A stretch of 64,000 nt of DNA, from positions 31,678 through 95,677 of the forward strand of contig JBAXQM010000008.1 of the NCBI GenBank assembly GCA_037131735.1, read 5' to 3'. This DNA comes from Alphaproteobacteria bacterium. GTDB lineage: Bacteria; Pseudomonadota; Alphaproteobacteria; Rhizobiales; Beijerinckiaceae. The translations under genes were made by a program, and so were the position numbers. The notes under the pieces are model-generated. The model was not told the origin of the DNA and did no database searches. It worked only from the letters and a program-made list of their open reading frames with translations. Positions 41,756 to 51,212 of the stretch are shown in pieces (position 1 is the stretch's first letter; every line of letters starts with the position of its first letter).

Positions 41756-42190
41756 TCAGCCCCGCATCATCGCCACTGCTTTGTCGAGGATGATATTCAA
41801 ACCTTTGGTTGTCGCTATGCCCCCAAGCGCTTGAGGATCAACCCACATCACATGGGGCGCTTCAGGGCCTGTCGTTGCTTCCCCACTGACCCATTCGCCA
41901 ACAAACGCGTTCACGACGAAATGCCGCTTCACTTTATCATCCGCATCACGCTCGATAAATTCGGCATGATCAATGAAGCCAATGATGCGCGCTTGAACGC
42001 TTACTTCTTCCTGTAATTCGCGCAACGCCGCTTCTTGCAAAGTTTCGCCGACTTCAACAAGACCGCCCGGCAAAGAGAAAACAGGGTTTGATGCCGTCTC
42101 TTTCCGTGCCGCGAGCAAGACTTTTCCATCACGAAACACGGCAATCGAGGCCGCAATAATCGGTCGGTTGGGATAGAGGCGATCACTCAT
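41756..42190 (-). CDS. NUDIX hydrolase
   Basis: Canonical Nudix box GGLVEVGETLQEAALRELQEEV. 144 aa. Confidence 0.9.
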   Translation of the reverse strand: MSDRLYPNRPIIAASIAVFRDGKVLLAARKETASNPVFSLPGGLVEVGETLQEAALRELQEEVSVQARIIGFIDHAEFIERDADDKVKRHFVVNAFVGEWVSGEATTGPEAPHVMWVDPQALGGIATTKGLNIILDKAVAMMRG

Positions 42191-42202
42191 GACGCAAAAA
42201 AC

Positions 42203-42955
42203 TCAAACGTGTTGACCGCCATTGATATGGATTTCCGCACCATTCACATAAGAGGACTGATCGGTGCACAAGAAATAAATCGCCTTCGCCACTTCCTCAG
42301 GCGTACCGAGACGGCGCATCGGAATCTGCGCCACAATTTTATCGGTGCCGGGCGAGAGAATAGACGTATCGATTTCACCGGGCGAGATTGAATTCACACG
42401 CACGCCGAGCGGACCGTAGTCGGACGCCATCTCGCGCGTTAGACCTGCAAGCGCGGCTTTCGATGTTGCATAAGCGGCGCCCGCAAAAGGATGAACACGC
42501 GATCCGGCAATAGATGTGACATTCACAATCGAGCCTTTCGCTTTTTTGAGTTCATCGATCAAACCTTGCGCCAACATGACGGGCGCAAAGAAATTCACCT
42601 GAAACACCGTGCTCCACGTATCGTACTCGGTATTGATTGCACCGAGTCGTGATCCGCCTTCGCCTTTCGGAGAAATCGCCGCATTGTTCACGAGCGCATC
42701 AAGACGCCCATCTTCAAGACGACGCTTGATTTCAGCGATCGCTTCAAATGTGTTTTGCGGATTGGCGAGATCGACCTGAATATGATCTTGCGCGCCCATT
42801 TCCCACGGGCAATTTTCAGGAAACGCTTGGCGCGAACAGCTAATCACACGCCATCCCGCTGCGGAGAAACGCTTCACGGTCGCATGACCGATGCCGCGAC
42901 TGGCTCCGGTGAGGAGCATCGTGCGGCGCGGGGCGTTTTCGCCGGTCTGTGTCAT
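42203..42955 (-). CDS. SDR-family oxidoreductase
   Basis: Contains TGASRGIG, NNAA, and the catalytic YATSKAA. The ATG at 42955 is preceded by AAGGAAA. Confidence 0.9.
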   Translation of the reverse strand: MTQTGENAPRRTMLLTGASRGIGHATVKRFSAAGWRVISCSRQAFPENCPWEMGAQDHIQVDLANPQNTFEAIAEIKRRLEDGRLDALVNNAAISPKGEGGSRLGAINTEYDTWSTVFQVNFFAPVMLAQGLIDELKKAKGSIVNVTSIAGSRVHPFAGAAYATSKAALAGLTREMASDYGPLGVRVNSISPGEIDTSILSPGTDKIVAQIPMRRLGTPEEVAKAIYFLCTDQSSYVNGAEIHINGGQHV

Positions 42956-43003
42956 AGGGTTTTCCTTCATACGCAAAAACAAAAACAGGGAGTGAGAATA
43001 GAC

Positions 43004-43660
43004 TTACGGGTAGAGACGCGCCTTGCTCCATCCGCCTTCCGGTGTAGAGCGGCGGAATACAACGCGGTCATGCAGGCGAAACGGTTTGTCTTGCCAAAAT
43101 TCGATTTCGACCGGGCGGATGCGGAAGCCGGTCCAATGCGGCGGACGCGGCACATCTCCTATCGCATATTTCGTGGCATTGGTCGCAACCGCTTTCTCGA
43201 GCGCGAAACGGCTCTCGAGTGGACGCGATTGTTGGCTCGCCCAAGCGCCAATTCTGCTGTCGCGCGGGCGAGAGCGGAAATACTCGTCCGCCTCAGCCTC
43301 ACTCACCGTCTCTACCGGTCCGCGTACGCGCACCTGCCGCCTGAGGCTCTTCCAATGGAGAACAAGGGCCGCCTTTTTGCCACTGAGCAATTCGCGCCCC
43401 TTGGCTGATTCGGTGTTTGTATAGAACACGAAGCCCGCCTCATCCCAGCCTTTCATCAAGACCATGCGCACATTCGGCAAACCGTCTGGATCGACGGTTG
43501 CGAGCGCCATGGCATTGGGATCATTGGGTTCTGAGGCTGTGGCGTCAGAAAACCAGTGCGAAAACAGAGCAAAAGGCTCTGCCGCTTCGGTAAAGTCACC
43601 ATCCGTTAAACTTTTCACGATTCTAATGCTCCGGCGTGGCCAGAAGGTCGCATAGGACAT
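43004..43660 (-). CDS. pdxH: Pyridoxamine 5'-phosphate oxidase
   Basis: Contains [25 protein letters not shown]…FYTN.ES.KG…HW…RQVRV.G…IEFWQ…RLHDR. ATG at 43660; the ORF track uses an upstream TTG at 43678. Confidence 0.92.
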   Translation of the reverse strand: MSYATFWPRRSIRIVKSLTDGDFTEAAEPFALFSHWFSDATASEPNDPNAMALATVDPDGLPNVRMVLMKGWDEAGFVFYTNTESAKGRELLSGKKAALVLHWKSLRRQVRVRGPVETVSEAEADEYFRSRPRDSRIGAWASQQSRPLESRFALEKAVATNATKYAIGDVPRPPHWTGFRIRPVEIEFWQDKPFRLHDRVVFRRSTPEGGWSKARLYP

Positions 43661-43677
43661 ACGGCGTAACCCTGCCA

Positions 43678-44136
43678 ATGGTTTTTCTGAATTATGCCCG
43701 CCGGAGCCTCCGGCCTCTCGGCCAACTTCTGGCCGCCTCGACGCTGCTCGCGCTTGGCGCGTGCGGCTCGACTTTGCCTATCTTCTCGGAATTCATGCCT
43801 GATCGCGGGCCGCTCTACACAAGCACCATCCGCTCGGATGCCACAGCGCTCTCCCCTGGGTTGACCGCCAGCGACTGGAATGAAGCCGCCTCGGCGCTTG
43901 CCACGGCACTCGGGCCCGACAATGCGGGTACATCCGTACTCTGGAGCAGCAAAAGCGGCACCAAAGGCTCTTTCCGCGCGCTGGGCATCGCCTTTATGCG
44001 TGAGGGCGACCTTTGCCGCGCCTTTGAGGCCGAAGTGAAAACAGCCGGCAAAGAGCCGCAAACGACCAGCGGCACCGCCTGCCGGTCCATGGCGGGCGCC
44101 TGGCATATCGTTGACACGGCCTCGCAAAAAAGCTGA
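43678..44136 (+). CDS. Putative lipoprotein (surface-antigen-like)
   Basis: Lipobox LLALGAC after a hydrophobic N-terminus. The mature part has paired Cys (…[11 protein letters not shown]…[11 protein letters not shown]). Confidence 0.65.
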   Translation: MVFLNYARRSLRPLGQLLAASTLLALGACGSTLPIFSEFMPDRGPLYTSTIRSDATALSPGLTASDWNEAASALATALGPDNAGTSVLWSSKSGTKGSFRALGIAFMREGDLCRAFEAEVKTAGKEPQTTSGTACRSMAGAWHIVDTASQKS

Positions 44137-44241
44137 CTTCGTTAAACCCTCGCATTGCGTAGAGCGGAAGCGGCCCTTAAATAAGGTTCAAATCTAATTC
44201 TTTCCGGTTTTCACGGAAATGAATGAGTCAGGACCTGCTTC

Positions 44242-45165
44242 ATGCGTGACCCTTATTCCGTCCTCGGCGTCGGCAAGACTGCGAGCGAGGATGACATCAA
44301 AAAGGCTTTCCGCAAGCAGGCGAAAGTCCTTCATCCCGACCGCAACAAGACTGATCCGAAGGCCAAGGATAAATTTGCCGAATTGAACTCGGCCTATGAA
44401 ATTTTGGGCGACGACAAGAAGCGCAAACAATTCGATGCGGGCGAGATTGATGCCGAAGGTAAGCCGCGTGCGGGCTTCGGCGCAGGCTTCGGTGGTGGGC
44501 CCTTCGGCGGCGCGCGTTCAGGTCGCGCAGGCGGATTTTCCGGCGGACCCTTTGGCGGCGGCGGTTTCGGTGGTCCAGGCTTCGACGCCTCTGATCTCTT
44601 TGCGGATTTCTTTCGTTCAGGAGCAGGCGATCCACGGGAAAAAAAACGCGGGCCCGAGCCAGGACCAGACATCAAGGTTGTCGCGAAGATCACACTTGCT
44701 GAATCGCTTTCAGGCACGACGACGCGCGTTTCGTTGCCAACAGGTCGGATGATCGAAGTGAAAGTGCCTGCCGGTGTGACCGAAGGCAAAGTGATCCGGT
44801 TAAAGCGGCAAGGTCATGCGAGTCCGGCTGGTGGCCCCCCAGGCGACGCCTATGTCACGATTCATATCGCGCAAGACCATCGCTTTCAGGTTGATGGCAA
44901 AAATCTAAAAGTGCGCGTTCAAATTCCTCTTGAAGATGCCGTACTTGGCGGGCGCGTGCGCGTGCCAACACTTGAAGGTGCGGTTGACCTATCGATCCCG
45001 CCTTATAGTTCAAGCGGACAGACATTGCGCTTACGCGGCAAAGGCGTTCCTGCCGAAGATGGTGCTGGCGATTTACTCGCGACAATCGAAGTGACAATTC
45101 CCAAAGAACCCGATCTCGAACTCGAGATGATGATGAAACGCTGGCGCGATCGTAAACCGCGCTGA
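44242..45165 (+). CDS. DnaJ-family co-chaperone lacking a zinc finger (CbpA-like)
   Basis: J domain (DPYSVLGV…LHPDRNK), a G/F-rich linker, then two C-terminal beta domains. No CxxCxGxG repeats. Confidence 0.88.
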   Translation: MRDPYSVLGVGKTASEDDIKKAFRKQAKVLHPDRNKTDPKAKDKFAELNSAYEILGDDKKRKQFDAGEIDAEGKPRAGFGAGFGGGPFGGARSGRAGGFSGGPFGGGGFGGPGFDASDLFADFFRSGAGDPREKKRGPEPGPDIKVVAKITLAESLSGTTTRVSLPTGRMIEVKVPAGVTEGKVIRLKRQGHASPAGGPPGDAYVTIHIAQDHRFQVDGKNLKVRVQIPLEDAVLGGRVRVPTLEGAVDLSIPPYSSSGQTLRLRGKGVPAEDGAGDLLATIEVTIPKEPDLELEMMMKRWRDRKPR

Positions 45166-45185
45166 AAGAGGCGAAAGACTAATCA

Positions 45186-45788
45186 ATGGCACAACTCAAA
45201 GAAATTTCATGCGTTGGCCATGTGGTGGGATGCTATCTTGCTCCCGACCGCAAACCTGGCCTCGAAAAAATCGCGCGTGAAAAACTCGAGATCACACTTG
45301 ATGGTGTTGTGGGCGATTGCCATTCAGGCCGCACAAAAAAATCTGATAGCCGCACGCTCATGCAATATCCGCGTGGACTTGATATCTTCAACAGCCGTCA
45401 ATTTTCCATAGCCTCCGTTGAAGATCTTGCCGATGTCGCAACGCGCATGGAGATTCCAGACGTGAAGCCCGAATGGATCGGCGCTAATCTTCTTGTGAAA
45501 GATATTCCCGATTTCACTTTGTTGCCGCCCGGTTCGCGTTTAATGTTTTCATCCGGGGCTACTGTGATTGTCGATCTTGAAAATCTGCCGTGCAAATATC
45601 CGGCTGAAGTGATCGAACGCCATCACCCCGGCAAAGGCCTATCATTTCCAAAATTCGCGAAGAAGAAACGCGGCGTGGTCGCCTATGCCGAACAGGGTGG
45701 TACCATTGCTGTAGGTGATACGATCCGTATTTTTGTGCCAACGCAAGACGCATGGCCGCATCGGGATCGCTTTTTGCGCGGCGCATAA
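45186..45788 (+). CDS. MOSC-domain protein
   Basis: 200 aa with a beta-barrel MOSC-like pattern (…GDCHSGRT…QFSIASVEDL…GANLLV…). Family assignment comes from pattern recognition only. Confidence 0.6.
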   Translation: MAQLKEISCVGHVVGCYLAPDRKPGLEKIAREKLEITLDGVVGDCHSGRTKKSDSRTLMQYPRGLDIFNSRQFSIASVEDLADVATRMEIPDVKPEWIGANLLVKDIPDFTLLPPGSRLMFSSGATVIVDLENLPCKYPAEVIERHHPGKGLSFPKFAKKKRGVVAYAEQGGTIAVGDTIRIFVPTQDAWPHRDRFLRGA

Positions 45789-45816
45789 TCGCCGCGCAGT
45801 TTTGCTTCAATAAAGC

Positions 45817-47799
45817 TTATACTGAAACCTGCGTACCTACTTCCACGACGCGTCCGGTTGGAATCTGGAAGTAGCTCGTCGCATCATAGGCGTTACGCGC
45901 CAGAGCAATGAAAAGCTGATCTTGCCAGAGTGGCATGCCTGATTGCGCTGCAACTTTAATCGACCGACGCGACACGAAGAAGGATGTCGACATGATGTCG
46001 AAGGACCACCCATGCTTACGAGCAATCGCAAGACCACGCGGCACGTTTGGTGTTTCCATATAGCCAAACTTCATTGAGACGCGAATAAAGCGCGGGCTGA
46101 TTTGCTCAACCTGGACACGATCTTTGTCGCTCACGCGCGGCGTATCACCCGTTGATACGGTCAAGACGACATTCTTCTCATGCAAGATCTTATTGTGCTT
46201 GAGATTATGCAACAAAGATGTCGGCGCCGATTCTGGATCAGAGGTCAGGAATACAGCCGTACCGGCCACAATATGCGGCGGTTTTTTCTCGAGCGAATGA
46301 ATGAGCACTTCAAGCGGCACTTCACCCTGTCGTGTTTTCTCGGACAGAATACGGGTTCCCTTTCGCCAGGTCGCCATCAGCATGATCAAGAGGAAGCCGA
46401 AAGTGAGTGGCGCATAGGCACCGTCGAAGAGCTTCAACAGATTGGCCGAGAAGAATGTGAAGTCGATCATCATGAAGGGAATGATGGTGATCCCGGCGAG
46501 CCACGGATTCCATTTCCATAATTTCCAAATCACGATGAAGCCCAATGTCGCATCAACAACCATCGTCGTGGTCACTGCAATGCCATAGGCGGACGCCAGC
46601 GCATTCGATGATTTAAACACCACAACAAGAACAACAACGCCGATCAGCAACAGCGAATTGATGCGCGGCAAAAAGATTTGGCCCGCATGAGTCTCAGACG
46701 TGAAGCGAATTTCCATACGCGGCAGAAGACCGAGCTGAATCGCTTGGCTCGTCAGTGAGAAGGCGCCAGTGATCACCGCTTGGCTGGCAATAACTGTCGC
46801 GAGCGTCGCCATACCCACGACGGGGAACGCTGCCCATTTCGGAAAGAGATTGAAGAATGGATCGGTTGCCAATTCGGGATTAGCAAGCACCATGGCGCCT
46901 TGACCGAAATAGTTGAGCAGCAAGGCTGGCAAAACAAGAAAGAGCCAAGCCGACCGAATCGGGCTTTTGCCGAAATGACCAAGGTCAGTGTAGAGCGCCT
47001 CGCCCCCCGTTACCGCAAGGAACACAGCGCCTAACGTCACAAGGCCGATCACGCGATGCTCAATCACAAAGCGAATGCCATAAATCGGATTGAGGGCATA
47101 GAGGATCGAAAAATCATCGCTGATATGCATGATGCCGCCCACAGCGAGCATACCAAACCAGATCAGCATGATGGGACCGAAGAAGGTCGCCACACTCGCG
47201 GTGCCACGACTTTGCACGGCGAAGAGCACAATCAAAATCACAAGCGTGATGGGAATAATAAAAGAATCAAGCGCGGGCGTGATGAGCTTCACACCTTCAA
47301 CTGCGGACAAAACGGAAATGGCCGGCGTGATGATCGAGTCACCATAAAACATGGCGGCGCCGATCACGCCTAAAAGAAATATCCCGTTGCCCCCTTTGCC
47401 TAAAGCGCGTTGACCAAGCGCCATCAAAGAGAGTGTGCCGCCTTCGCCATTATTGTCTGCGCGCAGCAGAATGATCACATATTTTGCGGTAACAACGAGA
47501 AGTAGCGCCCAGAAAATCAGTGACAAGACACCGAACACGGCATCTTGCGGAATTTCAGGAAGCGTTTGGCCTTCTTGAAAGTGATGCGCGCCCACAGCGG
47601 CGTGAAGCGCTTCGCGAAACGCGTAGAGCGGGCTCGTGCCAATGTCACCAAATACGACGCCAATACTGCCGATCGCCAGCGACCAGAAGTGTTGCTGGCC
47701 GTGGCCCCCGTGATGCCCACCGTGACCATGGTGATGGTCGTCATGATGATGGTCGTGCCCGTGCGGGGCGTCGTCTTGATCAATTCGATGGGGGGGCAT
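45817..47799 (-). CDS. kup: KUP/HAK/KT potassium transporter with a His-rich N-terminal tail
   Basis: Contains [15 protein letters not shown], about 12 TM segments and a cytosolic C-terminal domain. ATG at 47799; the ORF track extends to 47913. Confidence 0.94.
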   Translation of the reverse strand: MPPHRIDQDDAPHGHDHHHDDHHHGHGGHHGGHGQQHFWSLAIGSIGVVFGDIGTSPLYAFREALHAAVGAHHFQEGQTLPEIPQDAVFGVLSLIFWALLLVVTAKYVIILLRADNNGEGGTLSLMALGQRALGKGGNGIFLLGVIGAAMFYGDSIITPAISVLSAVEGVKLITPALDSFIIPITLVILIVLFAVQSRGTASVATFFGPIMLIWFGMLAVGGIMHISDDFSILYALNPIYGIRFVIEHRVIGLVTLGAVFLAVTGGEALYTDLGHFGKSPIRSAWLFLVLPALLLNYFGQGAMVLANPELATDPFFNLFPKWAAFPVVGMATLATVIASQAVITGAFSLTSQAIQLGLLPRMEIRFTSETHAGQIFLPRINSLLLIGVVVLVVVFKSSNALASAYGIAVTTTMVVDATLGFIVIWKLWKWNPWLAGITIIPFMMIDFTFFSANLLKLFDGAYAPLTFGFLLIMLMATWRKGTRILSEKTRQGEVPLEVLIHSLEKKPPHIVAGTAVFLTSDPESAPTSLLHNLKHNKILHEKNVVLTVSTGDTPRVSDKDRVQVEQISPRFIRVSMKFGYMETPNVPRGLAIARKHGWSFDIMSTSFFVSRRSIKVAAQSGMPLWQDQLFIALARNAYDATSYFQIPTGRVVEVGTQVSV

Positions 47800-48022
47800 G
47801 CTTACACCACTCTTTGCGCGTCCCGACAGCGCTCGGGGCGGCGCGTCTATAGCAGTTTCACAACCGAATACCAGTGGGGGCCGACCCGCCCTGCTCCGCT
47901 TTTCCCTTGGCAATTGGATGAGGGGCGTGACGCCTTGGTGCTTTCATCGCGGAAAGGCTTGGGCTAAGGAGGGGGCAGGGTCACCCGACCACCCCTCTCT
48001 TACCTGTCAGGTAGTCTCGTCC

Positions 48023-48847
48023 ATGTCGTCTTCCTCCCCTTCCGGCATTCTCAGCGGCAAACGCGGGCTCATTATGGGCCTTGCCAATAACAAATCGATC
48101 GCCTGGGGCATCGCCCGCTCGGCCCGTGATCAGGGTGCCGAATTGGCCTTCACCTTCCAAGGCGAAGCGCTCGAGAAGCGCGTGCGTCCGCTCGCCGCCG
48201 AACTCGGCGGCCATGTCGTCGGCCATTGTGATGTGACAGACACGGCCTCCATCGATGCGGTGTTCGCGGAAGTCGAGAAGCAATGGGGCGGGTTGGATTT
48301 TCTCGTTCATGCCATCGCCTTCTCGGACAAGGATGAATTGACGGGCCGTTATATCGATACGTCGGAAGCCAATTTCACAAAATCGCTTCTGATTTCCTGC
48401 TATTCCTTCACAGCGGTGGCGCAACGTGCCGAAAAGCTGATGAAGAATGGCGGCTCGATGCTCACGCTCACTTATTACGGCGCCGAGAAATGGATGCCGC
48501 ATTACAATGTGATGGGTGTTGCGAAAGCGGCATTGGAAGCGAGCGTGCGCTATCTCGCGGCCGATCTCGGCCCACAGAATATTCGCGTCAACGCGATTTC
48601 TGCAGGGCCCATCAAAACGCTCGCGGCTTCAGGCATTGGCGATTTCCGCTATATCCTCAAATGGAATGAATTGAACTCGCCACTCCGCCGCACCGTGACA
48701 ATCGAAGAAGTCGGCGATGCGGCCGCTTTCATGCTTTCCGATATGGGCCGCGGAATCACCGGCGAAATTCAGCATGTCGATGCGGGTTATCATGTCGTCG
48801 GCATGAAAAATCCGGAAGCGCCCGATATTACGCTCGACAAGGGCTGA
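48023..48847 (+). CDS. fabI: Enoyl-[acyl-carrier-protein] reductase (NADH)
   Basis: Contains LSGKRGLIMGLANNKSIAWGIA…, the catalytic Y…YNVMGVAKAALE, and IRVNAISAGPIKTLAAS. ATG at 48023. Confidence 0.95.
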   Translation: MSSSSPSGILSGKRGLIMGLANNKSIAWGIARSARDQGAELAFTFQGEALEKRVRPLAAELGGHVVGHCDVTDTASIDAVFAEVEKQWGGLDFLVHAIAFSDKDELTGRYIDTSEANFTKSLLISCYSFTAVAQRAEKLMKNGGSMLTLTYYGAEKWMPHYNVMGVAKAALEASVRYLAADLGPQNIRVNAISAGPIKTLAASGIGDFRYILKWNELNSPLRRTVTIEEVGDAAAFMLSDMGRGITGEIQHVDAGYHVVGMKNPEAPDITLDKG

Positions 48848-48853
48848 TCATCA

Positions 48854-49441
48854 ATGGCGGCGCACCCGCGCATTCTGTTTGTGCGTCATGGCGAAACCGA
48901 CTGGAATGTCGAAGGCCGTCTGCAAGGGCAAACCGATATTCCGCTCAATCCGCTCGGCCGCATTCAAGCCGAAGAGGTTGGTCGCCGGCTTGAAAAACTG
49001 ATCGACGATCCCGCCCAGTCCCGATGGCTCGTAAGCCCTTTGGGCCGCACGCGCGAAACCGCAGAAATCGCGCGCCGCGCATTAGGGCTTGATCCGCTCT
49101 CTTACGAAACCGATGATCGGCTCAAAGAGATTACCTTCGGCACATGGGAAGGCTTCACTTGGGCGGAACTGAGAAAAAAAGATCCGCTGATCGAAACCAC
49201 GCGCAACCGACAGAAATGGGATTATGTCCCGCCCAAGGGCGAGAGCTATGAAATGCTCACCGCGCGCCTCAAGCCTTGGGTCGAAACGATCGTCGAGGAA
49301 CGGGTCGTGGTCTCCCATGGCGGTGTCGCGCGCGCTTTGATGGCGATGCTCACCGACATCCCCGTGCATGACGCGCCCCGTCAGGACATCCACCAAGGCC
49401 GCGTGCTGGTCTTCGAGAACAACCGGTTCAAATGGCACTAA
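48854..49441 (+). CDS. Histidine phosphatase (phosphoglycerate mutase-like) family protein
   Basis: N-terminal catalytic motif LFVRHGETDWN and a downstream SHGG. Confidence 0.88.
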   Translation: MAAHPRILFVRHGETDWNVEGRLQGQTDIPLNPLGRIQAEEVGRRLEKLIDDPAQSRWLVSPLGRTRETAEIARRALGLDPLSYETDDRLKEITFGTWEGFTWAELRKKDPLIETTRNRQKWDYVPPKGESYEMLTARLKPWVETIVEERVVVSHGGVARALMAMLTDIPVHDAPRQDIHQGRVLVFENNRFKWH

Positions 49442-49511
49442 TTCCTTCCGGATTTGACCCGGAGCCGCCCCGTTTCTAAAAGGGGCAGAGTTCAACAAGG
49501 CGGCCCGCTCC

Positions 49512-50600
49512 ATGTCATTCAACACATTCGGCCATATGTTCCGCGTCACGACTTTTGGCGAGAGCCACGGGGTGGCGATTGGCTGCGTGGTTGATGGCTG
49601 CCCGCCGCGCCTCGCGCTCGACGCCGCCGATATTCAGGCCGATCTTGATCGCCGCAAGCCAGGCCAGTCGCGCTTTACCACGCAACGCCGCGAAGCCGAT
49701 GAAGTGAAAATTCTCTCTGGCGTCTTCACGGATGAAGCCACCGGCCAGCAAGTTACCACCGGCACGCCGATTGCGCTGATGATCGAAAACACCGACCAGC
49801 GCTCGAAAGACTATGGCGACATCAAAGACAAATTTCGCCCCGGTCACGCCGATCTGACTTACGACGCGAAATATGGCATTCGCGATTACCGCGGTGGCGG
49901 ACGCTCCTCCGCGCGTGAAACCGCAGCGCGTGTCGCTGCCGGTGCGATTGCGCGCAAAATCATTCCGAATGTCATCATCCGCGCGGCGCTCGTGCAAATG
50001 GGCCCGCATAAAATTGATCGCGCGCGGTGGGATTGGGCAGAAGTGAACAACAATCCGTTTTTCTGCCCCGATTCCGAGATGGCAAAATATTACGAGACCT
50101 ATCTTGATGACATCCGCAAATCCGGTTCTTCCATCGGCGCGGTGATCGAAGTCGTGGCCGAAAATGTGCCCGCCGGTTGGGGCGCGCCACTTTACGGCAA
50201 GCTCGATTCCGATATCGCCTCGGCCTTTATGGGCATCAATGCGGTCAAGGGCGTCGAGATTGGCGACGGTTTCGCCACCGCCGCGATGACGGGCGAAGAA
50301 AACGCCGATGAAATGCGACGCGGCCCTGATGGGCACCCGCATTTCCTCGCCAATCACGCGGGCGGCATTTTGGGTGGCATTTCAACCGGCCAACCGATTG
50401 TCGCGCGTTTTGCCGTGAAGCCGACCTCCTCCATCCTCACCCCGCGCAAGACCATCGATAAAGCGGGGCAAGATGCCGATATCCTCACCAAAGGCCGCCA
50501 CGACCCCTGCGTCGGCATCCGCGCGGTACCTGTGGGCGAAGCGATGATGGCCTGTGTGCTGGCGGATCATTATCTGCGCCATCGCGGACAGGTGGGGTGA
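49512..50600 (+). CDS. aroC: Chorismate synthase
   Basis: Starts [20 protein letters not shown]… and also has [10 protein letters not shown] and RHDPCV motifs. Confidence 0.97.
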   Translation: MSFNTFGHMFRVTTFGESHGVAIGCVVDGCPPRLALDAADIQADLDRRKPGQSRFTTQRREADEVKILSGVFTDEATGQQVTTGTPIALMIENTDQRSKDYGDIKDKFRPGHADLTYDAKYGIRDYRGGGRSSARETAARVAAGAIARKIIPNVIIRAALVQMGPHKIDRARWDWAEVNNNPFFCPDSEMAKYYETYLDDIRKSGSSIGAVIEVVAENVPAGWGAPLYGKLDSDIASAFMGINAVKGVEIGDGFATAAMTGEENADEMRRGPDGHPHFLANHAGGILGGISTGQPIVARFAVKPTSSILTPRKTIDKAGQDADILTKGRHDPCVGIRAVPVGEAMMACVLADHYLRHRGQVG

Positions 50601-50647
50601 TTTTCCCGTTACTGCGAACAAACGCGGCAAATGGTTTTCAATATAAA

Positions 50648-50680
50648 TTGACCTAACGTAAATCTTGGACCTAATGTCCA
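50648..50680 (+). promoter_or_regulatory. Putative hicAB promoter with an overlapping palindrome TGGACCTAATGTCCA
   Basis: TTGACC (50648-50653), an 18-nt spacer, then TAATGT. The 5-N5-5 palindrome at 50666-50680 spans the -10 region. Motif match only. Confidence 0.35.
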
Positions 50681-50695
50681 TTGGTCTGCACCCTC

Positions 50696-50908
50696 ATGCC
50701 ATGTGAGGTAGTTATTCCGACCCGCGTTAAAGACATTATCCGCCGCCTTGAAGCTGATGGTTGGGTCTTAATTGCTACCCGCGGCAGTCATCGCCAATAT
50801 TCGCATCCGACAAAGCCGGGGCGGGTCACGGTTCCCGGTAAACTGAGCGCAGACTTGCAAACGGGCACGTTGAAGAGCATTTTGAAACAGGCTCAATTGA
50901 GGGATTAG
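50696..50908 (+). CDS. hicA: Type II toxin HicA (mRNA interferase)
   Basis: Contains KDIIRRLEADGWVLIATRGSHRQYSHP.KPGRVTVP, the typical HicA dsRBD-like signature with the catalytic His. Confidence 0.88.
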   Translation: MPCEVVIPTRVKDIIRRLEADGWVLIATRGSHRQYSHPTKPGRVTVPGKLSADLQTGTLKSILKQAQLRD

Positions 50909-50911
50909 GCC

Positions 50912-51133
50912 ATGCGTTACGCCGTCGTGATCGAAAAGGGCGAGCATAATTATTCGGCCTATGTGCCGGATTTGCCCGGCTGCGTATCCGTGGGCGAAAC
51001 AATTGAAGAGGTGAAGCGCGAAATCCGCAATGCGATCGAGTTTCATCTCGAAGGCATTCGGGCCGACGGCCAAAACCCGCCTTTGCCGTCAAGCCGCGCC
51101 GAATATGTCGATATTGACGGGCAGGCAGCCTGA
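50912..51133 (+). CDS. hicB: Type II antitoxin HicB (short form with no DNA-binding domain)
   Basis: Starts MRYAVVIEKGEHNYSAYVPDLPGCVSVGETIEEV…IEFHLEG. 73 aa, lying 3 nt downstream of hicA. Confidence 0.88.
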   Translation: MRYAVVIEKGEHNYSAYVPDLPGCVSVGETIEEVKREIRNAIEFHLEGIRADGQNPPLPSSRAEYVDIDGQAA

Positions 51134-51151
51134 TTTCATCCAAACTGAAAT

Positions 51152-51165
51152 TTGCAGCGCTGCAA
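51152..51165. promoter_or_regulatory. Perfect 14-bp palindrome TTGCAGCGCTGCAA upstream of the HTH-ribBX ORF
   Basis: Perfect dyad 48 nt upstream of the ATG at 51213. It has no loop, so it looks like an operator rather than a terminator. Confidence 0.35.
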
Positions 51166-51212
51166 GCGGTCACCCCTAGCGCGGGCGTTTTAGTCTCGCT
51201 AAAAGACCGCCC

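Noticed and set aside
44455-44600. Repetitive GGC/TTC-rich DNA in the DnaJ-like gene, considered as a tandem repeat or VNTR.
   Set aside because: It encodes the normal Gly/Phe-rich linker of J-domain co-chaperones (GFGAGFGGGPFGG…). It is a low-complexity coding region, not a discrete repeat array.
49515-50357. Long antisense ORFs on the track. Examples: 49515-50357 (-) opposite aroC, 6459-7148 (-) opposite atpF'/atpF, 54480-55595 (+) opposite res/mod, 50826-51557 (-) across hicB/ribBX, 60463-61068 (-) opposite dnaX, and 57685-58284 and 57878-58531 (+) opposite nudC.
   Set aside because: Each lies fully opposite a gene with unmistakable conserved motifs. Their translations are low-complexity and R/A/G/H-rich, typical of the reverse frame of GC-rich coding DNA. 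None has a recognisable motif or start context.
51134-51212. Possible FMN (RFN) riboswitch upstream of ribBX.
   Set aside because: The gap is only 79 nt, too short for the ~130-150-nt RFN element. None of the conserved RFN core sequences is visible.
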